A stretch of DNA of 62,259 nt, counting the filler. It is 6 parts of 6 records of this genome, joined end to end, with 100 filler letters (N's around TTAATTAATTAA, not from the genome) between each part and the next. Parts side by side here need not be neighbours in the genome. Positions count along the whole stretch, not along the records: positions 24,267 to 32,685 come from SRR31156797_9105; positions 32,786 to 41,389 come from SRR31156797_9112; 4 more parts are not named here. One strand, 5' to 3'. How positions within the stretch are numbered: the stretch's first letter is position 1; each line of letters starts with the position of its first letter. Positions 30,477 through 40,314 of the stretch are shown one piece after another. A model generated the notes under the pieces. That model searched no databases. It was not told the origin of the DNA and saw only the letters and a list, made by a program, of their open reading frames with translations. A program made the position numbers and the translations under genes.

Positions 30477-30959
30477 ATGAAATCATATACTGCTGACATC
30501 TGCGACTCTCATCCAAATGATGTACAAGTACTAGCTCCACACTATCACTCTTATGGGGGTGTATCTATGTGTCATGGAGAGATCGTAACTATTGAATTAT
30601 ATGAAGATAATAAAGCTTTAGTAGAACTTTTAAGAGATACTAGAGGTGATGGAAAGATCTGTGTTGTTGATGTACAAGGGGATTATTGTGCTGTAGTTGG
30701 AGAGACTCTTATGGGCTATGCATATCATAATGGTTGGGAAGGTATTGTGATCAATGGATATGTAAGAGATACTCATCAAACAGCAGTTGTACCTGTAGGA
30801 CTGTATGCGCTTGGAACTTATCCATTTAAAAGCCAGAAAAAAGCAGAAGCAAAACATAATATACCACTTGAGTTTGGTGGAGTAAAGTTTATTGTGGGTG
30901 AATTTTTATATGCAGATAAAGATGGAATAGTGATTACAAAAGAGAATATTATTCTCTAA
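30477..30959 (+). CDS. rraA: RraA-like protein (HMG aldolase/oxaloacetate decarboxylase family)
   Basis: TADICD, EDN, G..NGW.GIVINGYVRD, YADKDGIV; start reset to 30477. Confidence 0.88.
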   Translation: MKSYTADICDSHPNDVQVLAPHYHSYGGVSMCHGEIVTIELYEDNKALVELLRDTRGDGKICVVDVQGDYCAVVGETLMGYAYHNGWEGIVINGYVRDTHQTAVVPVGLYALGTYPFKSQKKAEAKHNIPLEFGGVKFIVGEFLYADKDGIVITKENIIL

Positions 30960-30965
30960 TTGTAA

Positions 30966-32234
30966 TTAGACAAGTTTATTGGTAGGACCTACATATCTTT
31001 GTCTAGGTCTTACGATTTTATTTTTTGGATCCATTTTTTGTTCAATCCATTGAGCGATCCATCCTGCCGTTCGACCTATTACGAAAATTGGTGTAAACAT
31101 AGACCTTTCAATTCGAAGAGCTGAAAGAATTGTTCCTGAATAAAAATCTATATTTGGATAGAGATTTCTTTTTACAAAATACTCATCAGTTAAAGCGATC
31201 TCTTCTACTTTATTTGCTACTTCAATTAGTTTTGAATTGATCCCAAGTTCATCTTGAAGTTTATCTCGAAGCTCTTTAAGTACTCTTGCACGTGGATCAA
31301 AATTTTTATACACCCTATGTCCAAATCCCATCAATTTAAAATCATCATTTGGATCTTTTGCTTTTGCAATAAATTTATCCACATTACTCACATCCCCAAT
31401 CATTGCTAACTGATCGATCACAGATTCATTTGCTCCACCATGAGCTCTTCCCCAAAGTGCATTGATCCCTGCACTAATCGCTGCATATGGATGAGCTCCT
31501 GTTGAACATACTAGTCTTACTGTTGAAGTTGAAGCATTTTGTTCATGGTCTGCATGAAGTGTAAAGATTGCATCAAGTGCATCGATCTCTACTGGTCTGA
31601 TATCTGTATGTCCTCCAGGGAAAGATCTCATCATATATAAAAAGTTTTCTGTAAAATATCGATCCATATCTGGATGAATATATGGATACCCCATAGAATG
31701 TCTGTAAGTATATGCTGCAAGTGTAGGGATTTTTGAAATAATTCTCATTGCCATATCTTGATACTCCTCTTCACTATGGATATCAAGGTGTTGATGATGA
31801 AATGCGCTCAGTGCTGAAACTGCTGAGCTTAATACTGCCATTGGATGAGCATTATCAGGAAACGCTTCAAATATTTTTTTAATCCCTTCATTTGGGTATC
31901 TTTTTATTCTCATATCTTTTTGAAAGTTAGCGTACTCATCTCCACTTGGAAGATGTCCTCTTAATAATAGATGACATACTTGTAAATAACTATGATTTTT
32001 TGCTAAATACTCAATTGGATACCCTCTATAAAAAAGCTCCCCTTTGGCTCCATCAATATATGTGATATCTGAAGTACACCCTGCTGTCATACCAAATCCA
32101 TTATCATAGGTAAATAATCCAAGTTCACTGTTTAATTTAGAGATATCTATCACTCCATTTCCCAATGTTGATTCATGTACATCCATCTCAATTTGTTTAT
32201 TTGTCTGATTATCTTTTAACGTTACTGTTCTCAT
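30966..32234 (-). CDS. gltA: Citrate synthase (type II)
   Basis: LHADHEQNAST, AHGGAN, GFGHRVYKNFDPRA, YPNIDFYSG. Confidence 0.96.
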   Translation of the reverse strand: MRTVTLKDNQTNKQIEMDVHESTLGNGVIDISKLNSELGLFTYDNGFGMTAGCTSDITYIDGAKGELFYRGYPIEYLAKNHSYLQVCHLLLRGHLPSGDEYANFQKDMRIKRYPNEGIKKIFEAFPDNAHPMAVLSSAVSALSAFHHQHLDIHSEEEYQDMAMRIISKIPTLAAYTYRHSMGYPYIHPDMDRYFTENFLYMMRSFPGGHTDIRPVEIDALDAIFTLHADHEQNASTSTVRLVCSTGAHPYAAISAGINALWGRAHGGANESVIDQLAMIGDVSNVDKFIAKAKDPNDDFKLMGFGHRVYKNFDPRARVLKELRDKLQDELGINSKLIEVANKVEEIALTDEYFVKRNLYPNIDFYSGTILSALRIERSMFTPIFVIGRTAGWIAQWIEQKMDPKNKIVRPRQRYVGPTNKLV

Positions 32235-32324
32235 TTATGCTCCCTATTATTTTTGTACAAATATAAATAAATATTATCTTATTTAAAATTAGAGTTTGAT
32301 TTATTTTGTAACTATAAAAAGAGA

Positions 32325-32685
32325 TTAAAATCTCTTTTTATTTACTTCTTGGTCTATCTCGTGAGAGATTTCACTCATTTGAGTCGCGGCATCACTTGTT
32401 TGTGTTGCTATATTTGCATTTTCTTGTGTTTGTCTATCTAATGATCCAATGGTATCATTGATCTGAATAATTCTTTGCTCTTGCTCTTTACTAGAACTTT
32501 CAACCTCTTTAATTAGCCCAATAGTTTGATTGATCTTTTCACTTAAAGTATTGTATCCAGTGATCATCTCATCAGAGATCTTTTTCCCTTCATTTGCTTT
32601 AGTACTTGCTTTTTCAACTAAAGCTTTAATCTCATTAGCAGCTTCAGCTGATCTAGAAGCTAGGTTTCTAACCTCCCCAGCAACA
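32325..32685 (-). CDS. Methyl-accepting chemotaxis protein, C-terminal fragment
   Basis: VAGEVRNLASRSAEAANEIKALVE...QINDTI..LD.QTQEN. Confidence 0.9.
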
Positions 32686-32785
32686 NNNNNNNNNNNNNNN
32701 NNNNNNNNNNNNNNNNNNNNNNNNNNNNNTTAATTAATTAANNNNNNNNNNNNNNNNNNNNNNNNNNNNNNNNNNNNNNNNNNNN
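32686..32785. other. Artificial contig spacer
   Basis: Same structure. Confidence 0.99.
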
Positions 32786-33311
32786 GCAAGAAGAACAGTT
32801 ATATTTTATGGCCACCAAAGATTATCTGACCGGAGTTAGCAATAGAAGACATATTATGGAGCTTGGACAACAGATGCTTGCCGCGCATCAGAGGAGTTCG
32901 CACAATCTTTCAGTGCTTGTCTTAGATATTGATCATTTTAAGTTAATTAATGATCAGTTTGGGCATGAAGTGGGAGACCGTGCTCTTAGTTCGTTTTCTA
33001 ATCTTTGTTCTCAAGTGCTGCGTTCTTCCGATGTTTTTGGACGTTTTGGAGGCGAAGAGTTTCTAGCTGTACTTCATAATACAGGGTTATATGAAGCCTT
33101 TGAGGTGGCTGAAAGGATGCGTAGAACTGTTGAGGATAATTCCGTTGATAACCATGGTGTTCCTCAGCTAACCGTAAGTATTGGTGTTGCTGTTGATCTT
33201 GCTGGAGATAATTTTGAAATGATTATACGCAGAGCGGATGAAGCTTTATTTAAAGCTAAATCAAAAGGTCGAAATAGAGTTGAGATTTATGATGACAGTG
33301 ATGTTAGCTGA
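32786..33311 (+). CDS. Diguanylate cyclase, 5'-truncated
   Basis: D.LTG..NRR, DIDHFK.IND.FGH, RSSD I-site, GGEEF, AK..GRN. Confidence 0.92.
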
Positions 33312-33326
33312 GTTAAGGTTCAGCTC

Positions 33327-33950
33327 TTAATCTGATTTTTCCTCACTATTATATGTCAGCCAGCGTGGGTAATATAAATTATAATGAATTGCGAGAAGGC
33401 GGAAAGCAATTATTGTGGCTAGACCGCATAGCCATGAACTCTTGAAAGTTGGGAAAAACTGGTCGAGTAGTGCATACAGAATTGCACCTAAAAGAGCAGG
33501 GGTTGCATAGAATTCTCTTCCAAGGAGCAAAGGCATTCTGCCGGTAAGAACATCTCGCAGCATGCCTCCTGAAATTCCGGTGATAAGTCCCATTAGTACT
33601 GAAACCGTATAGTTGTTACCTAGGCTAAGAGCTTTTTGCATAGCCGTTATAGTAAAAAGGGCCATGCCGAATGTATCAATATAGATGAATAGTTTCAGAA
33701 TGCGGGAGACAAGACGGACACCAAAGAATGTAATAATTGCAGCGATCACAGCCACCCACAAATAGGTTAGGTCCGAAATCCAAAATACCGGACGAGAATC
33801 GAGAATCATGTCTCTTAATGTCCCACCGCCGAGTGCTGTCACAACCCCAAGCAAAACGATACTGAAAATATCCATATTTCGCTTTCCTGCTGCGATAACC
33901 CCAGTTACGGAAAATGCAACAATTCCTAACATTCCAAGATAATACACCAT
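33327..33950 (-). CDS. TRIC/UPF0126 (YadS-like) membrane protein
   Basis: Duplicated TALGGGTLRD / TGISGGMLRD motifs, about 7 TM segments. Confidence 0.9.
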   Translation of the reverse strand: MVYYLGMLGIVAFSVTGVIAAGKRNMDIFSIVLLGVVTALGGGTLRDMILDSRPVFWISDLTYLWVAVIAAIITFFGVRLVSRILKLFIYIDTFGMALFTITAMQKALSLGNNYTVSVLMGLITGISGGMLRDVLTGRMPLLLGREFYATPALLGAILYALLDQFFPTFKSSWLCGLATIIAFRLLAIHYNLYYPRWLTYNSEEKSD

Positions 33951-34201
33951 GGGGATCTGTCCTTTATGAACTTAACAAAGTCTATAATAGCAACCGAAAC
34001 AGCGCAGTAGCTGAAATAAAATAAAAAAACAACCATTCCCTCGCAGCATTTACCTATCTTCATAATCCTAAAATGTATCTAAATAAGTGATAGCTCAGGT
34101 ACCATTCAGTTGTGAAAATATGCCTTTGTGTTGCTCGAAATTGCTGGCCAAGTTAATATCAGACATGACCGTATAACCCAGAAGACCGTTGGAGGACAGG
34201 T

Positions 34202-34474
34202 ATGTCAGTCGAAAACGCCAGAGCTTTCATCGAAAAGGTCAAGTCGGAGGGTGCATTCAGTGCACAAATCAATAATGCAGAATCCAAAGAGGCGCGTGTG
34301 CGGATAGCTAGGGAGGCAGGTTTAGAGTTTTCCGAACAGGAATATCAAGAGGTCACCTCGCAGCTCCCTACTTGGACCATGGACAAGTGGCTGGCGGCCC
34401 GGCGGTCGTATGATGCGTTCGAGACAAGCTGGCTGGCCGGTGAATTTAATCCTTGGCGTAGCGACCTGAAGTAG
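34202..34474 (+). CDS. Nif11-like leader peptide protein (possible RiPP precursor)
   Basis: MS.E.ARAFIEKVK.....A...IAREAGLEFSEQE leader; GGAGG RBS; Trp-rich tail. Confidence 0.8.
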   Translation: MSVENARAFIEKVKSEGAFSAQINNAESKEARVRIAREAGLEFSEQEYQEVTSQLPTWTMDKWLAARRSYDAFETSWLAGEFNPWRSDLK

Positions 34475-34482
34475 TCCCGGAT

Positions 34483-36750
34483 CTATTCACCAATATCCCC
34501 ACGCGGGAAAGTGATGGTGAAGCATGCTCCGAGGTCTTCTTTGGTGGAGGCTGAGATGGTTCCATTGTAATCCTTGATTATTCCGTAGGATATGGAAAGG
34601 CCAAGTCCGGTTCCCTTGCCTACGTCCTTGGTGGTGAAGAAGGGTTCGAATAGGCGTGCCTGAATGGGGTCCGGGATTCCCGGTCCAGTGTCACATATTT
34701 CAATGATTACTTCGTTATCCGTAAAGTCTGTGGTGATGTAAATTTTCTTGTCATCGGCAAGGGGCACGCTGTCCTTCCAGCGTTCCTCGATTGCATCGCG
34801 GGCATTGATGAGCAGGTTGATGACTACTTGTTCGAGGCGGTTGGAATCAGCCTTGATTATGGGCAGGTGGCTGTTGAGATTCCATTCCACGTTGATGTTG
34901 CGTAGGGTCAGTTGCCTGCTGAAGAAATCGAATCCACGTCTGAGCACATCATTAATCTGCACGGGCATGGTTTTCATGTCGGATTTGCGTCCGAATTCGC
35001 GCATGTGGTCAATGATCTTGCTGGCCCGGTTGACGTGAATGTCCACGCCTTCTGCCATTTCCTTGAGAACTTTCGGTTCAACCTGCTGGTTTCTGGTCAC
35101 CTTGCGTTTGAGCAGGTTGCTGATAGTTTTAAGGATCGCCAGAGGCTGGTTTAACTCATGAGCCACACCGGATGCCATTTCTCCAAGAGTACTCATTTTG
35201 CTGGCCTGAATCAGTTGCTGTTCTGCTTCAAGCTTTTGGGTAACGTCGCTGCAGGTGACAATCAGGGTGCGGTTACCGTCAAATTCAGCCGGGGAAATTC
35301 TGAGCATGGCGTAGATCGTATTGCCTGATCTGGTCAGATGTGAGCAGGGTCCGATTTCCTTTTTCACTTTGATCAGGTGTTCGTAATCATTGTGCTCTTC
35401 TTCTCGGAAAAGCTTGAGAAAGGAACTACCCAGAATCATGTCTCGCGAATAGCCGTATATTTCTTCAACCGGATCATTGCAGTTGAGGACGGTTAGTTTT
35501 TCAGCATCCAGTACGAATACTGCCTGCGGAATGGAATCGAAAATGGCGTGGTAGCGTTGTTCGGAAGCGGCAAGGCTTTCTTCAAGTTCCTTACGCCGGG
35601 TAATATCGAGCATCATTTCCATGGCAGCGACAATTTTGCCCTCCCGATCTTTGATGGGGGAGGTGTAAACTATCCAGTGGATGGGGTTGCCGTCTTTTGA
35701 AAGACCGGATTCCTCACTCATGTGCGGGGTCAGGTCAAAGAAAGTTCTTTCTACCGGGCACTCTTCGCATTTGCGGTCCCGATCTTTGTTGATCTGGTAA
35801 CATTGTCTGCCACGCGGTTTACCGAAATGTTTTTCATAAGCTTTGTTGTGGCGGATTACTTTGAAATTGAGATCAACAACAGAGACCAGACAGGGAACGT
35901 TGTCGAACAGGTCCCGGTATTCTTCTTTCTGCTCCAGAAGGGCGCGGTGTTTTTCCTGAACCTGTCTGCCCATCATGTTGAACGCATCGGCAAGTGTGCC
36001 GATCTCATCGGTCTGGGCAAGTTGGATTTCAACAAAGTCCTGAGCTGAACCGAATTTCCGTGTGGCGGTGATCAGCGTTCTGATTGGTTGAAAAATGAAA
36101 TTGTAGGCAAAAACAAACAGGGCTCCGAAGGTGGCGATAAATACAACTAGGGCTATGCCGAAGTTGGCCTGTTCAAAGGTGGAGAGTATGGAGTCTTTTT
36201 TCTCTGTGGAAATTTCGAGGTCCAGCAGTCCAAGCAGTTGTTCGTCTTTGGAATGAACATGACAGGGACCGGGGGCGCATCCCTCGGAATTAGGAATGGG
36301 TGTCATTATGCCCATGAACTTTTTACCATTGATGGTTTTCATCCGGGTGCGCTGTTCAAGGCTCATGGTGGCCGGAGGGGTGTTGAGCTGATGGCAGTTC
36401 CAGCAGGGCGGGCTTTTTATATCAATGATGTTATTGATTTCATCCGAATCGTTTGAATAGATGATCTGGCCTTTCTTGTTGATGACCCGGATGGATTTGA
36501 TTTCACCTTGTCTGCTGATGTTGTTGATATCGTTCTGGATGAATTCCTTGGAGTCGAGCATCATGGCGTGATGCAGGCTCAGCAGTACGGTGTCAGAAAG
36601 CATGGCAATGTCGGATTGGATATTGCCGGTGACATTCTTTTTAAAGAAAACCACATTAAAGCTCGTCCAAAGGATCACGCTCAAAAGCAGGGTGACCCCA
36701 CCGGAGAGGAGCATTTTCATGATCAGGGTGTGGCGGTATTTTTTAAACAC
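34483..36750 (-). CDS. Membrane sensor histidine kinase: periplasmic heme-c domain, HAMP, 2 PAS, HisKA/HATPase
   Basis: TM-CWNCH...CAPGPCH-TM; DEIG.LA.AFN; AHELNQPL; NARDA, DTGPG, FFTTK, GTGLGL. Confidence 0.93.
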   Translation of the reverse strand: MFKKYRHTLIMKMLLSGGVTLLLSVILWTSFNVVFFKKNVTGNIQSDIAMLSDTVLLSLHHAMMLDSKEFIQNDINNISRQGEIKSIRVINKKGQIIYSNDSDEINNIIDIKSPPCWNCHQLNTPPATMSLEQRTRMKTINGKKFMGIMTPIPNSEGCAPGPCHVHSKDEQLLGLLDLEISTEKKDSILSTFEQANFGIALVVFIATFGALFVFAYNFIFQPIRTLITATRKFGSAQDFVEIQLAQTDEIGTLADAFNMMGRQVQEKHRALLEQKEEYRDLFDNVPCLVSVVDLNFKVIRHNKAYEKHFGKPRGRQCYQINKDRDRKCEECPVERTFFDLTPHMSEESGLSKDGNPIHWIVYTSPIKDREGKIVAAMEMMLDITRRKELEESLAASEQRYHAIFDSIPQAVFVLDAEKLTVLNCNDPVEEIYGYSRDMILGSSFLKLFREEEHNDYEHLIKVKKEIGPCSHLTRSGNTIYAMLRISPAEFDGNRTLIVTCSDVTQKLEAEQQLIQASKMSTLGEMASGVAHELNQPLAILKTISNLLKRKVTRNQQVEPKVLKEMAEGVDIHVNRASKIIDHMREFGRKSDMKTMPVQINDVLRRGFDFFSRQLTLRNINVEWNLNSHLPIIKADSNRLEQVVINLLINARDAIEERWKDSVPLADDKKIYITTDFTDNEVIIEICDTGPGIPDPIQARLFEPFFTTKDVGKGTGLGLSISYGIIKDYNGTISASTKEDLGACFTITFPRGDIGE

Positions 36751-36778
36751 TCAACATCCTGCGTATTATGATTTTCTA

Positions 36779-37210
36779 TTACTCCGGCCTGTCCATGGGA
36801 CAAAGGCGGGCATCTTTAATCAGGTCGGCCAAAGTGTATGAATCCAGCATTTTGTACATGGCCTGATTTGCGTCATCCCAGATGGAGCGGCGCAAACAAA
36901 CTGCTGCACGGGTACAGGTGGTCATATCCCCATCGCAGTCGAGGATTTTGTCTTCGCCTTCAAGAGCTTCGGTTAGTTTACCAAGTGAAATTTCTTCGGG
37001 GGCCATGGTCAGTACATTGCCGCCGTTAGGACCGCGCTTACCTCTTATGTAGCCGGATTCTTTGAGTATTTTGAGTATTTTTTCCAGGTATTTCAGTGAG
37101 ATATTTTCCCTGCGCGCTGAGTCCTTACTGGGGACTGGTCCGTTTTCCGAATGCAGGGCAATATCGAGCAACAGGCGTGCTCCGTATCTTGAGCGGGTGG
37201 TTAGCTTCAT
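36779..37210 (-). CDS. Rrf2/IscR family transcriptional regulator
   Basis: MKLTTRSRYG, ISLKYLEKI, RGPNGG, three Cys (C-X6-C-X5-C). Confidence 0.92.
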   Translation of the reverse strand: MKLTTRSRYGARLLLDIALHSENGPVPSKDSARRENISLKYLEKILKILKESGYIRGKRGPNGGNVLTMAPEEISLGKLTEALEGEDKILDCDGDMTTCTRAAVCLRRSIWDDANQAMYKMLDSYTLADLIKDARLCPMDRPE

Positions 37211-37311
37211 TAAATTAATTGTAGTTGTTTAAAATTATTAGAATATTATATAGCTTGTTAAGCTCTTATAGCAGGATGCCGGCAAGATTGAAAGTCGCAG
37301 CAAATCGTACG

Positions 37312-39261
37312 CTATTCACATGGGCAGGGACGGAGCTGTTTTTTGATTTCAGCCTTTCGCGGTAATAGAATTGTGAATGTGGTTCCCTGTCTGGGTTCTG
37401 ATTCTACACTGATCTTTCCGCCGTGTTGCTCAATGGTCTGATTGGAAATGAACAGACCTATTCCGGTTCCCCGTTTTCCTTTGGACGAGAAGAAAAGGGT
37501 GAATATCTTCTCACGGGTTTCCTGATCCATACCCGAACCGTTATCACTGATCTTGATTTCAATTTGATCTGAAGCTTCTTTGGCAGAGATGTTTATAGCG
37601 TATTCCTTCTCTGGAAGTGGTGGTTCACAGGCATCTACAGCATTTTCCAGAAAATTGACCAATGCAGCGGACATGGAGCTGGTATCAACTTTAATAGTGC
37701 CGAGCTCTTCGGGAATGTCAATATTGTAGGAAACATTGGCAGCTGCAGCTTTGGGAACGATCAAGGTGGCGGTGTCGCGCAGAAAATTTCCGGCGGAAAT
37801 GGTCTCGGTCTCAATTTCCCGGGATTTAGCGTAGTAAAGGATATCCAGAACCATCTTTTTGACCCGTCCCACCACATCCTTCAATGTTTTAGTGGCGTCT
37901 TCAACGCGGGTGGAATCGTTTTTACGGAGTCCTGATTCAAGGCGGTATAGTCCGCCGTCCAGAGCGGTGAGCATGCCTTTTACCCCGTGGGACATGGAAC
38001 CAAGCATGAATCCCAGCGAAGTAAGGTGATCCTGCAATCTGCGAATTTCAGTAATGTCAGTGGACATTTCCATTACCTGCTTTATCTCGCCATAGGCATT
38101 ACGCAGGGGGGCAGACCAGACCAGCATGTTTTTTTGTTCGCCGTTTTTGGTGGTTACAACAGTCTCCATCTGATGGGATTCCCCGTCCTTGAATGTGCGT
38201 TGAACCGGACATTCATCACAAGGAGTCTCTCGGTGTTTGTAGGAGGAGTAACAGGTGTCACCGATCGGTTCCAGAAAGTCTTCTTTAAAGCGTCGGTTAA
38301 CTTCCGCAATGGTGTAATCTTTATTCTGGACTGAGATATAGCAGGGGGCTTCATCAAAAAGACGTTGAAATTTGGACTGCGTTTCAAGCAGTTCATCCCG
38401 CAAACGCTGCAGTTCGGTCATGTCTACGGATATGTCGAGGACCAGTTCTATTTCACCGTTTTTGGCGGGGATGGGGGCGGTGTAGACGGTTACAGGAATT
38501 TCCTCACCGTCTTCAGTAATGAAAGTTTCCTTGCTGCGCTGGCCTTTTCCGGTCTGGAAGGTCAGCTGTACCGGGCATGCGTTCCCGGCAGAGGTTCGGT
38601 CGGAGTATATGTCAAAACTGTTTTTGCCGACTACATCACCGAGGCGTTCCTTAAGAAGTTTGTTTGTGGCAACAATTTCAAGGTAGCGGTTGTGGATGGA
38701 TACCAGACAGGGAAGTTCGTTGAACATGCTGCTTTCGGTCTCTACTTCGTGGGCAGCATTTGAAAGGGCATTGCTCAAGCCTTCCACAACCTGACAAGCA
38801 GCGTTCTGGCGTTCCAGTTCAACAATGCGACTGGTCTTTTCTTCGACCATTTTTTCGAGATTTTCTGTGTATTCCTGAATCTGTCGCTTGAGCTGGATTT
38901 TTTCCATTACCCGCTCAAGGGATAGCTCAAGCACATCGTCATCAACGGGTTTGGTAATAAAATCGGCAGCGTCATTTTTAAGAGATTCAATGGCCAGATC
39001 AAGGTCTCCATGCCCAGTAAGCATGATTACTTCGATCTGAGGATGGTCGTCTTTGATTGCTTTCAGCAGATCGATACCGTCCATACGCGGCATTTTGATA
39101 TCGGTGACGATTATATCGGGGTGAAAATTTTCAAGCAGCTTAAGTGCTTCCACCCCGTTCTCTGCTGTTTCAACCGTATATCCAAAATCCATAAGTGTGA
39201 GTCCGAGGAACCTTCTAAGGCCCTCCTCATCATCAACAAGCATTATTTTATTGTCACTCAT
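37312..39261 (-). CDS. Hybrid receiver-PAS-PAS histidine kinase
   Basis: VDDE..TDIKMP..ITKP receiver; SHGVKG H-box; NAVDA, DNGSG, GTGIGL; start reset to 39261. Confidence 0.92.
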   Translation of the reverse strand: MSDNKIMLVDDEEGLRRFLGLTLMDFGYTVETAENGVEALKLLENFHPDIIVTDIKMPRMDGIDLLKAIKDDHPQIEVIMLTGHGDLDLAIESLKNDAADFITKPVDDDVLELSLERVMEKIQLKRQIQEYTENLEKMVEEKTSRIVELERQNAACQVVEGLSNALSNAAHEVETESSMFNELPCLVSIHNRYLEIVATNKLLKERLGDVVGKNSFDIYSDRTSAGNACPVQLTFQTGKGQRSKETFITEDGEEIPVTVYTAPIPAKNGEIELVLDISVDMTELQRLRDELLETQSKFQRLFDEAPCYISVQNKDYTIAEVNRRFKEDFLEPIGDTCYSSYKHRETPCDECPVQRTFKDGESHQMETVVTTKNGEQKNMLVWSAPLRNAYGEIKQVMEMSTDITEIRRLQDHLTSLGFMLGSMSHGVKGMLTALDGGLYRLESGLRKNDSTRVEDATKTLKDVVGRVKKMVLDILYYAKSREIETETISAGNFLRDTATLIVPKAAAANVSYNIDIPEELGTIKVDTSSMSAALVNFLENAVDACEPPLPEKEYAINISAKEASDQIEIKISDNGSGMDQETREKIFTLFFSSKGKRGTGIGLFISNQTIEQHGGKISVESEPRQGTTFTILLPRKAEIKKQLRPCPCE

Positions 39262-39350
39262 CACCGCACCCCGCAAATTCATGACACAAGTCTCCAGTTA
39301 ATACACCGGATAAAAATTTAAGTAAGAAAGGCCCCCCCGTCGACAAATAA

Positions 39351-39716
39351 TCAGTCGTCGGTCTCGCCCAGAGCCTTTCTAACTATCTCAATAACTTCAG
39401 TGGGATCAAAAGGCTTTTTAATTGTTGCCACAGCCCGTTTGATCGCCATATGAATTCCCGGAAGACCGCTTATAACGATGACCGGGATATTAGAAAATTC
39501 ATCTTCGAGGGTCAGACGGCGGTAAAAACGCGGTCCCCATTCATGGGGCATTTCCAGATCAAGAGTGATCAGGTCCGGTTTCTCAGCCATGGCCACATCG
39601 AAAGCAGACACACCGTCGGACGCACGGCAAGTAAGGTAACCGTGGTCTTCGAAAACAGTCACGAGGTAGTCCACGATGTACGGGTCATCATCCACAACCA
39701 TTATTTTTTTGGGCAT
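39351..39716 (-). CDS. Single-domain response regulator (DVU0259/DivK-like)
   Basis: VDDD, PDLITLDLEMP.EWGPRFYR, KPF. Confidence 0.9.
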   Translation of the reverse strand: MPKKIMVVDDDPYIVDYLVTVFEDHGYLTCRASDGVSAFDVAMAEKPDLITLDLEMPHEWGPRFYRRLTLEDEFSNIPVIVISGLPGIHMAIKRAVATIKKPFDPTEVIEIVRKALGETDD

Positions 39717-39800
39717 TATTTTCACCTGTGCAATGATTTTAAGGGGTTATCTTTCCCTGTGGGATGAAGCCTACACCTAGCCTGCATAATCTTTCAAGTT

Positions 39801-39838
39801 AAAAAAATGGCCGGCCGGTGTGTGAACACCGACCGGCC
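39801..39838 (-). terminator. Intrinsic terminator after the first receiver gene
   Basis: GGCCGGTCGGTGT stem followed by a T7 tract on the minus strand. Confidence 0.75.
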
Positions 39839-39857
39839 CGATATGGATTCCCGTGGT

Positions 39858-40211
39858 CTAGCCGATTGTGTCCTTCACAATCCTGATCAGCTCTTCAGCA
39901 TCGAAGGGCTTAGTCAGAGTAGCTACAGCCTTGGGGATTGCGTATTTATTTGCGTTCAGGCCGCTGATAACGATAACGGGAGTTCTTTTGAAATCGTCAT
40001 TCTGGGAAAGCTTGCGGTAGAAACGGGGACCCCACTCACCGGGCATTTCCAGGTCGAGAGTGATAAGGTCCGGTTTCTCAGCTTCCACGGCTTCCATTGC
40101 AACGGAGCCGTCTTCAGCCATGGCGGTTTCGTAACCGTTATCGGTGAACAGTTCGCTCAGGTAAGAACGAATATCCTGATCGTCATCTATAATTAAGATC
40201 TTCTTAGACAT
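39858..40211 (-). CDS. Single-domain response regulator (DVU0259/DivK-like), paralogue of the previous gene
   Basis: IDDD, PDLITLDLEMPGEWGPRFYR, KPF; AGGAGG RBS. Confidence 0.92.
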   Translation of the reverse strand: MSKKILIIDDDQDIRSYLSELFTDNGYETAMAEDGSVAMEAVEAEKPDLITLDLEMPGEWGPRFYRKLSQNDDFKRTPVIVISGLNANKYAIPKAVATLTKPFDAEELIRIVKDTIG

Positions 40212-40314
40212 AATAACTCCTCCTGTTGAATCTTTCCCCTTCGTTATTCCCGGCAGCCTGAAGATGTTCGGCTGCCGGAATTAGCGATTAATCAGATTCA
40301 GTTATACTTACAGC

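Noticed and set aside
30477-32234. rraA and gltA as part of a methylaspartate/citramalate pathway with the mutase
   Set aside because: Separate transcription units, common housekeeping genes, and no lyase or mesaconase present
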